Positions 11,719 to 24,707 of a stretch of 64,000 bases of DNA are shown one piece after another. The stretch lies in assembly GCF_964204645.1 (NCBI RefSeq), contig NC_134028.1, forward strand, positions 16,189,653 through 16,253,652, written 5' to 3'. Position numbers and translations under genes: made by a program. The notes under the pieces are model-generated. The model saw only the letters and a program-made list of their open reading frames with translations. It was not told the origin of the DNA and made no database searches. Origin of the DNA: Tubulanus polymorphus (Eukaryota; Animalia; Nemertea). The number at the start of each line of letters is the position of its first letter. The stretch's first letter is position 1.

Positions 11719-13255
11719 TTGCTTTTCGAAAATACGAATCTGCTGCTTATAAAGCTCACAAATCCAAAGAAAACGTCATATTTCTTCAAAGAACAGGTTA
11801 TTCCTAAATCTCTGAATTGGTTGAATAAATTCAAATCAGATCAACCATTTTCCAATGAAGCAGCATCTCATCTAAGACATTGCATTTTGGAAGCAAAAGA
11901 AACTACCAACTCCAATTTCTATAAAATGCGACAAGCAGAACGTTTTCTCAGACACCATATACCTGATGGTTTCCTTTGGCACTCTCTTCATTCAGGCATC
12001 AAGAATCTTTGCCCGGTACATCGTCTAAAGAAAAATTCGCATTTCTCTTCCATTCTGAATAAATTAATCGACAACAGCCCTTGGACCAAATTTTGCGCTA
12101 CTGATAATGTTGTCAATCTATCTTCGGCTAAATTAACCAAAACACAAATTCAAGTTCTCGGTTTAGGATTAAATTTCTCTCTCCCGCATAGAAAACAACA
12201 CATTTTGGATTTCGTTGAACGTATGGAAAGATCTCCTCCGGCTAGTTTTCAATACAATTTTATATTCATGAATTTGGACACCATTTGGAATACCCTTCAA
12301 GGTCAATCTAATCAGTTCTTTCCTCGGAGATTTTCGATTGCTCTCCAGGAACTTAAATCCATCAAAACCATCCGCATCTCCAAGGCTGATAAAGGCGGCA
12401 AAATTGTTATTCAAGATTTGATCAATTACAATTCTAAAATGTTTGCTATTCTCGGTGATTCCAATTTCTACAAATCCATCAAAAACAACCCTTTGAAAAA
12501 GATGCAATCAGCTTTTAATTTAGGTTTAAAAAACATCTCTAAGAAATTTCCTGACCATTCGGACTTCCTCTCTAAATTTAACTCTCGGCTTCCAAATCTT
12601 CCTTATGCTTATGGTCTTCCAAAAATTCATAAACCCAATTCACCGTTAAGACCGATCATTTCTAATATCAATTCTCCATCATATCGGCTCTCCAAATATC
12701 TGGCTAAAGTACTCTCCCCGGCTTTGGGTACTTTTTCTGATTCTCACATTCGGCACAATATGGATCTTTTAGACAAACTCAAAAATCTCAAACCTAATGG
12801 ACAAAAATTTATATCTTTCGACGCTGTTTCCTTGTTCACTAATATACCATTGGAACCAACTCTCAATTTCTTAAGAAGAAAACTCCCGGACTCCAATCTT
12901 GATCTCCCAATTCCTGTAGAATGTTTACTTGAACTTTTGGAACTCTGTACTACCAATTTATATTTCCAATTCCAAGACAAATTCTATGAACAAATTTTCG
13001 GTTTCGCTATGGGTAACCCATTATCCCCGATTTTGGCTAATCTTTTCCTTGAACACTTTGAATCCGAAATTCTTCCTAAGTACGCTGGCTCTAAACCTAA
13101 CTTTTGGATTAGATATGTTGATGACATTCTGAGCTTAGTTTCTGAGAATTTTGATCTTACCTCTTTTATCGACTTCATCAACTCCCAATATCCATCTTTG
13201 AAATTCACTTTTGAATGGGAACAAAATGACCAAATTCCGTTTTTAGATGTTCTAA
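11719..13255 (+). pseudogene. Penelope-like ORF (N-terminal region + RT), cut at 13255 by a Gypsy LTR
   Basis: LGLGLNF, KADKGG, YGLPKIHK...PLRPIIS, YVDD, IPFLDV; homology to the inverted copy ends exactly where TGTGACGGGG starts. Confidence 0.9.
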
Positions 13256-13999
13256 TGTGACGGGGCTTTCTTGTAAATCCTGTATATGCCTCGTCTGTCC
13301 GGAGGTCCACTCCACCAACCAACATTAAACAACAACGAAAGACCTGCGGGAACAGTGTAAATCAAATCGACATATATTTCACAGAGTGGTTGCCTGGAAG
13401 GCGACCGCCAACAAACTAACCAATAAATATTACACATGCTAAATAATTAAGTCAGAATCATACGAAGCTTTCTTACCTGCGGGAACAGTGTAAATCAAAT
13501 CAACATATATTTCACAGAGTGGTTGCCTGGAAGGCGACCGCCAACAAACTAACACTGTTCCCGCCAAGACTTCAAACTATATGCAGACCATGAAGATGGC
13601 AGCACCGAACGGAGGCTATCAATTATACCGCCGAATAAACAGCCCGGCAACACCCTCCCTTAACGTCAAGAACTTTCGTCCCCGAAATAAGTGACATAAA
13701 CAGGATGTCGTTTAAGCAATCTAATATTTTTTAAAATTCCCAACCTTCCAGATGGACGGAACGCAGCGAGAAATCATTCAGAACAAAGCACAGATTACCG
13801 ACCAAGAACTACTACAAGCTCTTAATTACTAGTGACTTAATAGAATTTACATAAACAAAATCCAAACCACTCCCACAGTTATTTATAATACTAATTCTAA
13901 AAAAAATTCACTTCAAACTTTACACCCAGTTTCACATACATGCGTGTAACTTACATCACACACATAAATTAATATATATATATTGAAAGACCCGGCATA
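13256..13999 (-). repeat. Gypsy 3' LTR (~744 bp)
   Basis: Imperfect terminal inverted repeats TGTGACGGGGCTTTC / GAAAGACCCGGCATA (12/15); PPT GGAAGGGTGGTGTAGA just upstream on minus strand; internal ~79-bp direct repeat at ~13342 and ~13475. Confidence 0.75.
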
Positions 14000-14245
14000 T
14001 CTACACCACCCTTCCAAAGAATATCTGTCCCCAGATCGAGATAAATAAACATATAAGAAGCGACGTAGCTTCAAAGAATTTGTTGTAATACACGACTTCA
14101 TCTTATAGACATCACGAAAATGAAGAGACAAGAAAAAAAAACCAAAATGAATTAAAACGCACAACCCAAAATAATGGATATACTGGATTAATAATGGATA
14201 TACATGTTTCAATAACCCGGACATTTGATGACATTTTAAAAATAC

Positions 14246-17200
14246 TTATTCACACAGTTTCAAGACCGCTGCCAACAGAGTCGGATTTCCGCTTATCGAA
14301 GCATCTTTGCTTGCCAATAACAAAGTATCCAGCTTCTGTTGCCACGAAGGACCTACCGTTAAAGCGCCAACCTGATAGTCAGCAAACCGTTCAGGCATAC
14401 GTCTTACCCTTGTAGGACGATCGGCAAGGGCTGGACGCACGGAAAAATCTTGTGATTGCACCTCATTAGATGGATCGACCTCCGGCCTAATCTCATCAAA
14501 AGGCACGTCCGCAACGAGAGACGTATCAACACCTAGCGGACTGACGTCGGGCCTAGCCTCATCTGGAGAAACGCTCTCAACGGGGGGCGATTCAACGACA
14601 GAATGACTTCCCGGACTCACGTCCGATGCGACTACAGATAAAGTAGATTCATCGTCGGGGGTGTCTACTGTTAATGAACGAGGGATAATTCCTCATTAAG
14701 AGGAAAAGTCCCATGAGACGCTCCCCGATCGAACAAGATAAACTCATCGGTCTCATCACAACTCGTGCTGCTGACCGACTCCGCAGGCTCAACTAAACTA
14801 GTCTTATCTCTCCTAATCCCGGAACCATGTTTCCCAACTCCAACGACCTCAGAGCTGCGATTTGGACGCAGCGGAACTGAAAGGAACAACAGCAAGTTCC
14901 GATGAAGCGTCCTCGTCTTACCAGACACAGTGTCTCTGACCACGTACCACGGGTATTTCCGTATTAGGCTGGGATACAATCACATATGGATTTTCTTCCC
15001 ACTTGTCCCCGAGTTTATCGCGTCCCTTAATACCTACACGTTTTACCAAAACGAAGTCACCCACGGCGACCGAAATACCACGAACCCTGGAATTATAGTA
15101 TTTCTTTGAATTCTCGGCTGACTTCGCTAACTTTACTTTGGCCTGAACCCATAAAGAATTAAACTCCTCCTGAAGAGTAGCTGTATATTGCCGTGAAGGC
15201 TTGCTTAATTGATAAACCTCGTCTACAGGCAAAATCGGAGTCCTGCCAAACATTAAGCGATATGGCGAAAAACCAGTGGACTCGTGAGGCGTACAATTGT
15301 ACACAAACAGAACCGAAGACAAATGATCTTTCCATGCAATTTTCTTTGCAGGTTCCAAAAGACCCAAACGTTGAATTAAAGTTGAATTAAAGCGCTCACA
15401 AGCACCGTTTCCCATGGGATGATACGGCGTAGTGCGCGATTTCTTGATGCCGAAAATCGAACATAATTCCTTTATGAGACCGCTTTCAAAGTTCGCACCT
15501 TGATCAGAGTGAATCCTCTTAGGGATTCCAAACTTTGAAATGAAAGAATTGAATAGAACACGGGCCGTTGTTCGTGCAGTCTGGTTCCGTGTCGGAACAG
15601 CTAAAGCTTACTTAGTGAAATGGTCAGTGATGACTAAAGCGTTCTCAAAACCACCTTTGCTTTTGTCCAAGGTTAAGAAATCGAGACACACCACCTCCAA
15701 AGGCTCAGACGTAGTGATAGGAACTAAAGTAGCCTGTTGTGAAGGAGTAGGAGCTTTATGGATAACACAACGCGAACAACTTTTAACGTATCGGTCAATA
15801 TCTGAATACATCCCCGGCCAGAAAAATCTCTCACGAATCATACCCAACGTTTTATCGCGACCCGGATGACCTAGGTCATCATGCAACATCTTGCAAACAA
15901 AAGGGATCTCCGCAGACGGCAGAACAACTTTAAAAATTTCGGATTCGTCCTCGACAACACGACGACATAACAAGCCATCATTCATAGCGTAGTTATATTT
16001 CTGCCATTTCCGATCCAACCGAGAAGACGGCACGTAACGACCAGCTGACTTGATCTGCTTGATAATACGACGGATATCAGTATCAGCTTCTTGAGCCGCC
16101 ATGAGATCACGCCGAGCAAAACCCAGGCCGTTCACGGGTTGATCAAGTTCACTGACAGCCCACTTGAGAGCGAGGAATTCAAGTTTATGTATAGGATACT
16201 TTCGCTCGGCATCTTTTAAACCGCGACTAGCGAAAGCGATAGGTCTCAGATTTCCGTCCTGGCGTTGGTACAAACACGCACCAAGCCCGTCAAGAGAAGC
16301 GTCCGTATGAAGCTCAAACGGAAGTTTATAATCAGCGTAAGCCAAAACAGGAGGCTCAGAAAGTACTGACTTTAGTTGGTCAAAAGCCTGCTGTTGGACG
16401 TCATTCCAAGGAATCTTCTCCTCGTTCCTACGAGATTTAGGCAACCCCTTCAAAAGATCATTTAGAGGTTTTGCTGAAAAACCCTTCACGAAACGACGAT
16501 AATACGAGGCAAATCCTAAGAAGCTACGGAGTTCCGCAACAGTCGAGGGAACAACCCAGTCTCGGATAGCCTGAGTTTTCTTGGGGTCGGGTTCAATACC
16601 AGCCGCTGACACGATGTGTCCCAGGTACAAAACTTTCTCGCGAAAAAAAGTACATTTTGAGGGTTTTAACTTGATCCCGGCCTGTTGAAGCTTCCTAAAC
16701 ACGTCAGACAGACGCACGATATGCTCATCAATGGTGTCACTAAAAAAAATTATATCGTCAATATAAACAAGACATTCCTGGAGATTTAATTCGCCTAAAC
16801 AGTTCTCCATAAGACGTTGGAACGTGGCTGGTGCTCCCGTTAACCCAAAAGGCATTACATTGTATTCAAAAAATCCGAACCCCGGACCAACAGTAAAAGC
16901 TGTACGTTCACGATGCTCCGGAGCCATGCTTACTTGCCAATAACCGCTCTTGAGATCAAGGCAGAAGTAAGTGGAACCAGCTAGTGCACCCAGCTGCTCG
17001 TCGATCCTAGGGAGGCTAAACCTGTCAGGAATGGTTCTCTTGTTCAACTCACGGTAGTCTATACAGAACCTAAGTTCTCCAGTTTTCTTCCGAACAAGAA
17101 CTATAGGAGACGCAAACGCACTGTTGGACGGGCGTATCACACCTGCTTCCAACATCATGCGCAGATGTTCCCTAACTTCATTAACCATCGCCGGAGGAAT

Positions 17201-18157
17201 CCTCCGATACCTCTGATGAACAGGAGTAGGATCAGACATGTTAATCCTGTGTTCTATTAAACTCGTACGTCCCATGTCAAGATCACTCATTGCGAAAATA
17301 GATCGCCACATCCACAGCAGATCTTCGAGTTTCGATCTAGCCTCAGGTATTACGCCATCCATTTGGAACAGTTTTATAAAATCCTCGCGCGACAAAGATG
17401 CGTGCCAAGGTTTTTGAGGAGCAACATTATCGTTAGATACCTCCGGAGGAGGAGGAGTATCAAGATCCGGCGTAGCACCATCGATGCCTGAAGGACTAAT
17501 CTCCCCGTCCTCCGATACAAACCTACGCCCCGCCACGAAATCGACAGGCACGGCAGAAGCAATAATCGCTCCGGCCTGAATCGACACATCGCGGCGGGAT
17601 GGGTTTCGCACCCGTACTACTACGCGATTGCATACCACGGAACCGGCTTCCTGTGCAGTAGGTACTACATACAGGCTGCCGGGAATCTGACTACCTTCGG
17701 AAGTGGTCATATATAACCCTTCCGGCCCTTTAATCTGAGCCAACCCATGTACGGTAATTTCAGCCCCGGCTGGCACGGAGACTGCCTTAGTCAATTTAAC
17801 CGATTCGGAAATGTTGTTACAACGTATAGAGTCCGCTGCAGCCCAGGCCGCCGACAAGGTCGAAAAATCCTTGACCCGGTCCAGCACATTGGTGCCAATC
17901 AAAGCAGGTACCTTCTCATGGTAGTCGGTACTCTCAACAATAAGCATAGGGATTTCCATATCCAAATCGGCTGCTTGCAACCGAGCAACGACATAACCGG
18001 AATATGGCAGGGCCGCACCACCCGCGGTCGTTACCTCAAGAAAATCAGCTACTGGCTGCACAGGGACTTCGGGTATGTAGACCTTGACAAACTTCCTCGA
18101 AACCGTGGACACTTGTGACCCGCTGTCAATTAAAGCATAACAAGGTACCCCATCCAA
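14246..18157 (-). pseudogene. Gypsy pol (protease, RT, partly deleted RNase H, integrase)
   Basis: [10 protein letters not shown]; [20 protein letters not shown]; [10 protein letters not shown]; HDDLGH...CSRC; CLDF, HSDQG, NGACERFN; stop at 15608, frameshift near 14950, RNase H truncated after ALKWAVSE. Confidence 0.92.
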
Positions 18158-18222
18158 TGAAACTGTCGAGAGATTGGCTCTACCAACGACGCGATAAGAT
18201 ATATTCGTTTGAGGGCTGTTCC

Positions 18223-18766
18223 CTAATACCGACGTGTCACGCTTCCGCCCCTCGAAACGGACACTTTCTCTTTTGGGTCATACGAGCTGTTATTACCAAA
18301 GAGACTGTCATCTCTATTAGAGATACCATCTCTATCACCCGAACTACCATTACCGGCTGACAAAGGCCTGTTATCCATGTTTCTACTCGGACATACGCGA
18401 CGGATATGCCCAACGCCGCCACAGGAAAAACACGTCCGCTGCGAAGGTGTGGGCAGCCTTGGACGAAACCCAAACGAAGAAGCTCCTCCGTAGCGCTGCC
18501 CTACCTGACTCCTAAAGGGAGGTCTTGGAGGAGGGACCCACAACCTAGGACGGTTCTCCAATTTAGCCTCGATAGCGGCCATCCGCTTCATCACCTGATC
18601 AAAACGCCTTTCCCACGAGGAGGCGGGATCCCCAGAGTGACCGGGTGCGTCTTTAGAAGACACTTGAGAATTCATAAGTTTTTTCGGAGGCACCACAGAC
18701 TTGGAATCTCTCCGTTCCGTTTCCCCTTCAATCTTTCTAGCCTCTGTTACGATCTCGTAATAGGTC
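18223..18766 (-). pseudogene. Gypsy gag C-terminal fragment with zinc knuckle
   Basis: CFSCGGVGHIRRVC (CX2CX4HX4C) upstream of pol. Confidence 0.85.
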
Positions 18767-19030
18767 TTAATAATTCTTATTTCTAATATGACTTTTAGAT
18801 TTTAAATGTTCATTATAATATCTTTTATCACTGAATGATTGATTACATGTATCACATTTGTATGTTTCTTTTTCATTCTTTAATTCATCTAATTTAGTTT
18901 CTAATATATCATCTTTATATTCTAGTTTCAATTTATTCTCTAAATGTGTTTTAGTTTTATTGTGTCTTGCTTTTTGGGATTTATCTATATTGATATTACA
19001 TGTTGGACAGTAGTACTTATTTGCTTCCAT
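18767..19030 (-). pseudogene. N-terminal C2H2 zinc-finger region of a Polinton polB-type ORF, truncated
   Basis: YYCPTCNINIDKSQKARHNKTKTH matches YYCQYCKKYIDKSQKSRHEKTANH at 42952; second finger YKCDTCNQSF...HLKSKSH. Confidence 0.75.
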
Positions 19031-19226
19031 TTTAATACTAAATTTTTTTATTAAAATTGATTTTAGAAGTTCAATGATTTAAATATGAATTATTTCAATC
19101 ACACTTTACTAACACTTTTAATGTTTAAAAATCTAACACAAATATAAATATTGAAATAATGTTGTAAATATATACTTTTATATTGAATAATCTGTCAATG
19201 TTATTCATTTACATGAATATTTTAAG

Positions 19227-19634
19227 AGTAATAGGGGTTTAGTTGGTTCAGGTTAAAGGTTGAATGGTCGAGTTCATTAAAAACAAATATTAAAAGTAAT
19301 TTAAAACTATAATATATTTTCAGAACCGTGTGTATTTCAGTTGAATAATAGAATAATTATTATTATTTGAATATATTTGATTATATGAATTTGTGTATTG
19401 TAAATAAATCAATTGGTCGCGGAGCGGAGCGGTAGCGAAGTGGAGCGACCAATTGATTTAATACAATATGCTTTTAAAATTTAAATTATTGATATCTTAG
19501 AATAAATATTTAGTTATAATATAAAATGCACACGGTTATGAAAATATATTATTGTTTTAAATTACTTTTAATATTTGTTTTTAATGAACTCGACCGTTCG
19601 ACCTTTGGCTTGAACCAACTAAACCCCTATTACT
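19227..19634. repeat. 408-bp imperfect palindrome (terminal hairpin)
   Basis: AGTAATAGGGGTTTAGTTGGTTCA... pairs with ...TGAACCAACTAAACCCCTATTACT over ~110 bp; inner arms AATCAATTGGTCGC/GCGACCAATTGATT flank a GC-rich loop. Confidence 0.92.
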
Positions 19635-19931
19635 AACGTTATCAAGAAATCATCAGCATTAGCTGGCGTTGCAGTGATTTCAGAAAACTTCGATCAAATA
19701 AGCGATACTCGTGAAAGGTTTAACAAACATTCCGAGAAATCTTCATTACTCGATGAACAAGTGATGTTGAATGACCTTAGAACAATTCGTCCGTTCGAAT
19801 ATGTTGCTGGGAGACGTCACGAACATTTTCCACCAGAGCGGCGCAGTGTTACTGGAACATTAGATGCCTATCATTATCGCAAAAGGCTGGAAACCAAAAA
19901 ACAACAGGTTGCACTTGAATTAGGAAATTAA
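19635..19931 (+). pseudogene. C-terminal remnant of an Academ-type (DUF6589-like) transposase
   Basis: KKSSALAGVAVISENFD...DLRTIRPFEYVAGRRHEHF resembles the conserved C-terminus of this family; convergent with a RecQ helicase as in AcademH. Confidence 0.6.
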
Positions 19932-20976
19932 AGGCGCGTTTACGAAACTGAATCTTTGTAAATCGATTTAGTTTTCATGTTTACGGCACGCGGTTTAGTG
20001 AATCGGATTTGGTAAATCAACTCGTTCACGGACGCGGTTTAGTAAATCGATTTATTAAATCGACTAACTTGCTCGGCGAGCAAATTAGTGGAGATTTAAC
20101 CAACATGGCGTCCTCCATGCATCCCGCCGACGCCGGTGAACATGGTGAAGAAATGTGTGACTCGTAAGTTTTATTGCAGGCACATTTTAAGGCGTGTTGA
20201 TTGTCTGTACAAGTGTCATTGTTACCTGTAGGTTTTCAATGACAGTAAACTTGAACTTATATTTATTGCGCCGTACTATAAGCATTTATACATTTGGTTG
20301 GTTAAGACATAACAATACAAATCAAAACATTGATGATTGGAATTGAATTGAAGAATGACTTATAAACACAAGTGTTCAATGACGTGTAATGTTGTTGTAA
20401 GGGGACGTTTTAGGGGCCTTAGGCTTAGAATTGATGAGAGCATATCTGGCCCTGGGGCTGGACCAGGTTGGTGGATGTTGTTGCTACTGTTATTACTATT
20501 TTAAGTTCTAGAGCCTTCTACTAGAGTAGATGGAGTAGGCCTATAGCCATGATTTGATTTGTGTCTCCATCATTTTTGTAGATTGCAGAAAATGGTACTA
20601 GAAATGGATGGGGAATTTGTTGAAGTTCTGTGTGATCCAGAAACATACACAAAGGCGATATCTGGTGGTATGCATTATTGATACTCATATTCCAACTGGC
20701 GTGCTGTGCTTGCAAATGGACTGGCGTTTTAAATTATATTTCCTACAGCTGGTTCTAATAAAATGCTGCTAAAAACATATGCCATGACTGAACAGTAAAA
20801 AAAGGCTGATAATTCGTAAGTCAGTCACTGCCTTCAAGGAATAGCCTATTTGTTCCTTTAAATTTCTGTTACTAAGGAAAATTTCATTAGTGGAACTTGG
20901 GCCCAATTTATAACATAGCCTGTACATAATGTATGGCGGGCATATTTAGAATTATTTTTGGATTTTATTTTTTCAG

Positions 20977-22195
20977 ATCTCGAAGCTCTTACAGCAATTC
21001 GGTGTAATTATTTGGCGCAGTCTGATTCACTTGCAAAAAAAGACACTCAGCCTGAAACACCTCTTACTACAAACAGCAGTATTGATTTCCATTCATTTAA
21101 TTACCCACAACCAGGTACAAGCAGCAGTTGTGAGATGTCGCGGTCGAGGAGCATTACCCCAGTAGACAATTCTCTCACTAATGAAAACAACAGTTCAGGT
21201 GAGATTAAATTGACAAAATATTAGCTGTATAGCATTTGCCATGTATATAGTTGTAGAGCCGAGTTTTCAGATTTTACATAACAAATTATGGATCAAAAAA
21301 ATTCCTGAATTGAAAATACATCACATCAATATTGTGGGTAACAATCACCAGTCAATTGTTGATAATGGTATCCTATGACTTACAAACTAATCGTGCAACT
21401 CAAAAAAACTTAGGACCTATATTTATTTTGAAAGTGGCATTCTGGATTAGCTTTTACCCTCTCTAATCAAGATATGTAGTATACATGTATTTATTTTATC
21501 TATTAGCTTTTCAACACTTAACAGCTTTTAAAATGTATTATTAATTCATACTATTTTTTTTCAAATTTCTTTAGAAAATGTTACCATGTCCAAAGGGGCA
21601 GTAACCCTGTTGATACAGCTGCACCAAGAAAATGCAGTACGTTTTGCAGATAAGAAAACGCGCAAAAAAGATGTCTGGCAAAGAATAGCTGAAACCATGA
21701 AAAAACACAACTACTTTTATACGTGGTTGCAGCTTAAGACAAAGTGGGGAAATCTGCTGCAACAGTATCGTAAGGCAGTCGATCACAATAACAAGACCGG
21801 CAGAGAGCCTAAGAAATCACCCTTTTTGACGAGTTTAATGAATTTTTGGGGGCCAAACCCAATACTCAGCCTAAATACACAGTTTCAACTTTAACAGTTT
21901 CAACTTTATCAGATCTTTCGGATAATAAAACAATTTGTCAACTGAGGAGGACTCAGCAGATCAATTAGAGGCTAACGTTCCAGTTCCACAGGTTCAGAGT
22001 ACTGGGAAAAAAAGGTCCACCAGTAGGTTATCTGAAAGACAATCTAAAATTATGAAAATAATGGAGGAGCATGAAAAGTCACGCAAGGAAGATACTGAAA
22101 AGCTGTTTGATCTTGATTAAAAAACAAGGAGAGGAGTTGCAACAGAATGAAAATGCAAAACTCGACATATTGAGAACACTAGTTCATAAATTCTA
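20977..22195 (+). pseudogene. Harbinger Myb/SANT(MADF)-like DNA-binding protein, spliced and frameshifted
   Basis: KKDVWQRIAETM...TWLQLKTKWGNLLQQYRK; exon 20977-21198 joins exon at 21575 in phase 1; probable short first exon ending 20163; frameshift near 21825. Confidence 0.8.
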
Positions 22196-23233
22196 AAATC
22201 AAGTGCTCACTTTTTAAAGGTCAGTGGTTCAGCTGCTTAAGTAGACTTCTTTTGTGCTACCAGTAAATGAAACTTAAATATTTTGATCCACTGCCCTTCA
22301 ATATCCTGTTGGTTGAATTTATGTCCTTATTCTTTGTCGTCTTTGATAAACGTATAAATTCATGTGTACGGTGTGGAAAAATTTAGTAGTTATTTCAAGG
22401 CAACAGGGTTGTTGCATGTTTTTGATAATTTTAATTCATTTATCACATTATTGTATGCAGAATAGTTGCATATTTTTAATAAATTCTTGTTTTATTACAT
22501 ATTTCATTATTTTAACTTCATCATTTTGTACTAGAGGTTTGATCTCATGGTATTACCGCAGGGGAACGTGGGATTGTAAAAGTAACTTCGTCAAATTAAC
22601 TTCTCGGTGCCTTTTTCTCGTTCTCTCCTTAGATCTGGATTAATTCTTGATGCGGTTCATTTTAACTGGGGTATTGGAAACAAACCTCTTGAGGACGAAG
22701 ACCTTTGAAGACTCCTAGTTCTAAAAGGATTCTGGATGTTCATATCAAGCAGCATGCCTGGTACTGACAATATATTAGGAGAATCCCACAATGATAACGA
22801 AAGACCGTCCGAAAATATTTCCTGGAGCCTCTTAATATTATTTTCTTATTATAGGATTCTTTTTAGATTATCGTTACAACACAGATATAGCGTATCAATC
22901 ATGAGCAGTGACACCATGGAGCGTGAAAGGATAATCACTTATTAAGGCCACATAAATGCGACTGTTTTTATACAATTTTAGTTTTATTCACTATAGATTT
23001 TAGTAACATTCTTTCGTCATGACAACTCACTTTTTGCACGTAATGAAGGTGGTTATTTGGAATACATTTCTTTAGTATGCCACCCCTAAGTATTTAACTG
23101 GTATGGAGTGATACTTGAAATGGAGGACAAATGAAATAAAGTACAGTAAACTTCAGCGTATTGGACTTTCGACTAAATCCGACAAATCATCCAATCCACT
23201 ATCTATAACATGTAACTACAAAATGTCTTAATT

Positions 23234-24707
23234 TTATACCGATAAAAGTATTGCAATTGCTTGGCGCTTGCCGTCACCTGAAGGTCTTCTACCTTCATAA
23301 ATTTCATTCATGTCTTCTTCGTGAAGCCGCTGGATGTCTTCAATCAAATAGTCCTCTAGTTCTTCAGGGTCAGTTTCCAAACAGATATTATGTATAACAA
23401 AACAGCTTGAAATTAATGAAATAATTCTTGGCATATCAAGCATGTTTATATAGTTCATTCGGCGAAACCTGCCTTTGAATATTCCAAACGCATTCTCAAT
23501 TGCTACTCTAGTCGAACTGTGTTTGAAGTTGTAATCTCGTTGTAATTAAGTTAATTTTCCAAAGTCTTCGAACGGAACCATTACAAAATCATTTAACTCA
23601 TATGCAGAATCCCCGAGAATATGGGTATTGTAGGGGAAAAGTCTCATTTTATTTCTCTCATCTTCCGAAGCAACAAATATGTCAGAATTCTTAAATACGC
23701 GAGCATCATGGGTAGAGCCTGGCCACCCGACCAATACGTATGTAAATTTATATAAATGATCGCATATCGCGCAGATATTTATCGAATGATACATTTTACG
23801 ATTAATGTATGTTTCAGGATACTCCGTTGGAGTCTTGATATGAATGTGCGTCCCATCAACCGCCCCTATCACATTTGGAAAGCAATTTTTCTCTTTAAAA
23901 CCATCAATAATCTGTTGAACTCGTTCTCCACTTGGCCACGAAATCATCTTCTTCATCAAGTTCTCCTCAATAAGCTTGGAAATTAATCCTGAAATGAAAA
24001 GCATAAAAGCGTCTTAGTACTTCAGTCGAAAATGTGTCTGCTACTTTTACCGACACAATGATTTTTATTTTCTTAGGCATAATATGGTGGGTTCACAAAT
24101 CGTTAAAAACCAAAGAGGCGAATCTTGGCATTCTGTACTGGACACTGGAGTGATACACACCAAGTTGAAAGGCACTGACTGACAGTTATGCTCACATTGT
24201 GCATTGACCAGGCATGGACAATAATAATAATGAAATCAAATCGTTTAATAGCCTACCTACGACATTAAACACACTACTTTCGCACATGCCAAATAAATCT
24301 GCAGTTCGGATAAGGGAATCATCCGTAGCAATGTAGTGTAAAAAGACAAGCAGCTGTTTTTCACAAGCAATTGTCAATTTTCTTTCAGCAGTGGCATTGT
24401 GAGCACTGACGAGTGGCCCAATAGAATCTAATAAAATCGCAAACGACTTCCTCGAGATCCTAAACCGTTCTTTAAAATCGTCGATATCGTACCGCTGCAC
24501 CGTTCTATACACATAGGGTTCTACCCTGGGTTTCTGCTTGCATTTAGCATGTTTAGTTACTTCAGACTTTAAGTACAGTTCGGAAGAACAATCCGTCGTC
24601 AGAATTGTACCAGCAACTAGCGCTACGCGTCGTTGGGCGAGTCGTGGAGCATCATCTGTTAAAATTTCTGCAACCACCGTGCTTAACTTTCGTTTCCGAG
24701 CCGCCAT
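23234..24707 (-). pseudogene. Harbinger DDE transposase (HARBI1-like), one intron, stop at 23546
   Basis: FKERFRISR HTH region; GAVDGTHI, GWPGSTHDARVF, LGDSAY, TRVAIENAFGIFKGRFR, CFVIHN. Confidence 0.92.

Larger units (their letters stand above)
13256..18766 (-). mobile_element. Ty3/Gypsy LTR retrotransposon, 5'-truncated and decayed
   Basis: Order gag-PR-RT-RH-IN on minus strand, polypurine tract and 3' LTR present; 5' LTR and PBS missing. Confidence 0.93.
18767..19634 (-). mobile_element. Terminal fragment of a second Polinton/Maverick
   Basis: Terminus AGTAAT... with GGTCGA(A/G)CGGTCGAG motif shared with the TIR at 42867; first ORF homologous to the first ORF of the 42.9-kb Polinton; very AT-rich. 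Confidence 0.75.

Noticed and set aside
17500-17800. Functional dUTPase in Gypsy pol
   Set aside because: Only a vague beta-rich dUTPase-like spacer after the protease; catalytic motifs not visible.
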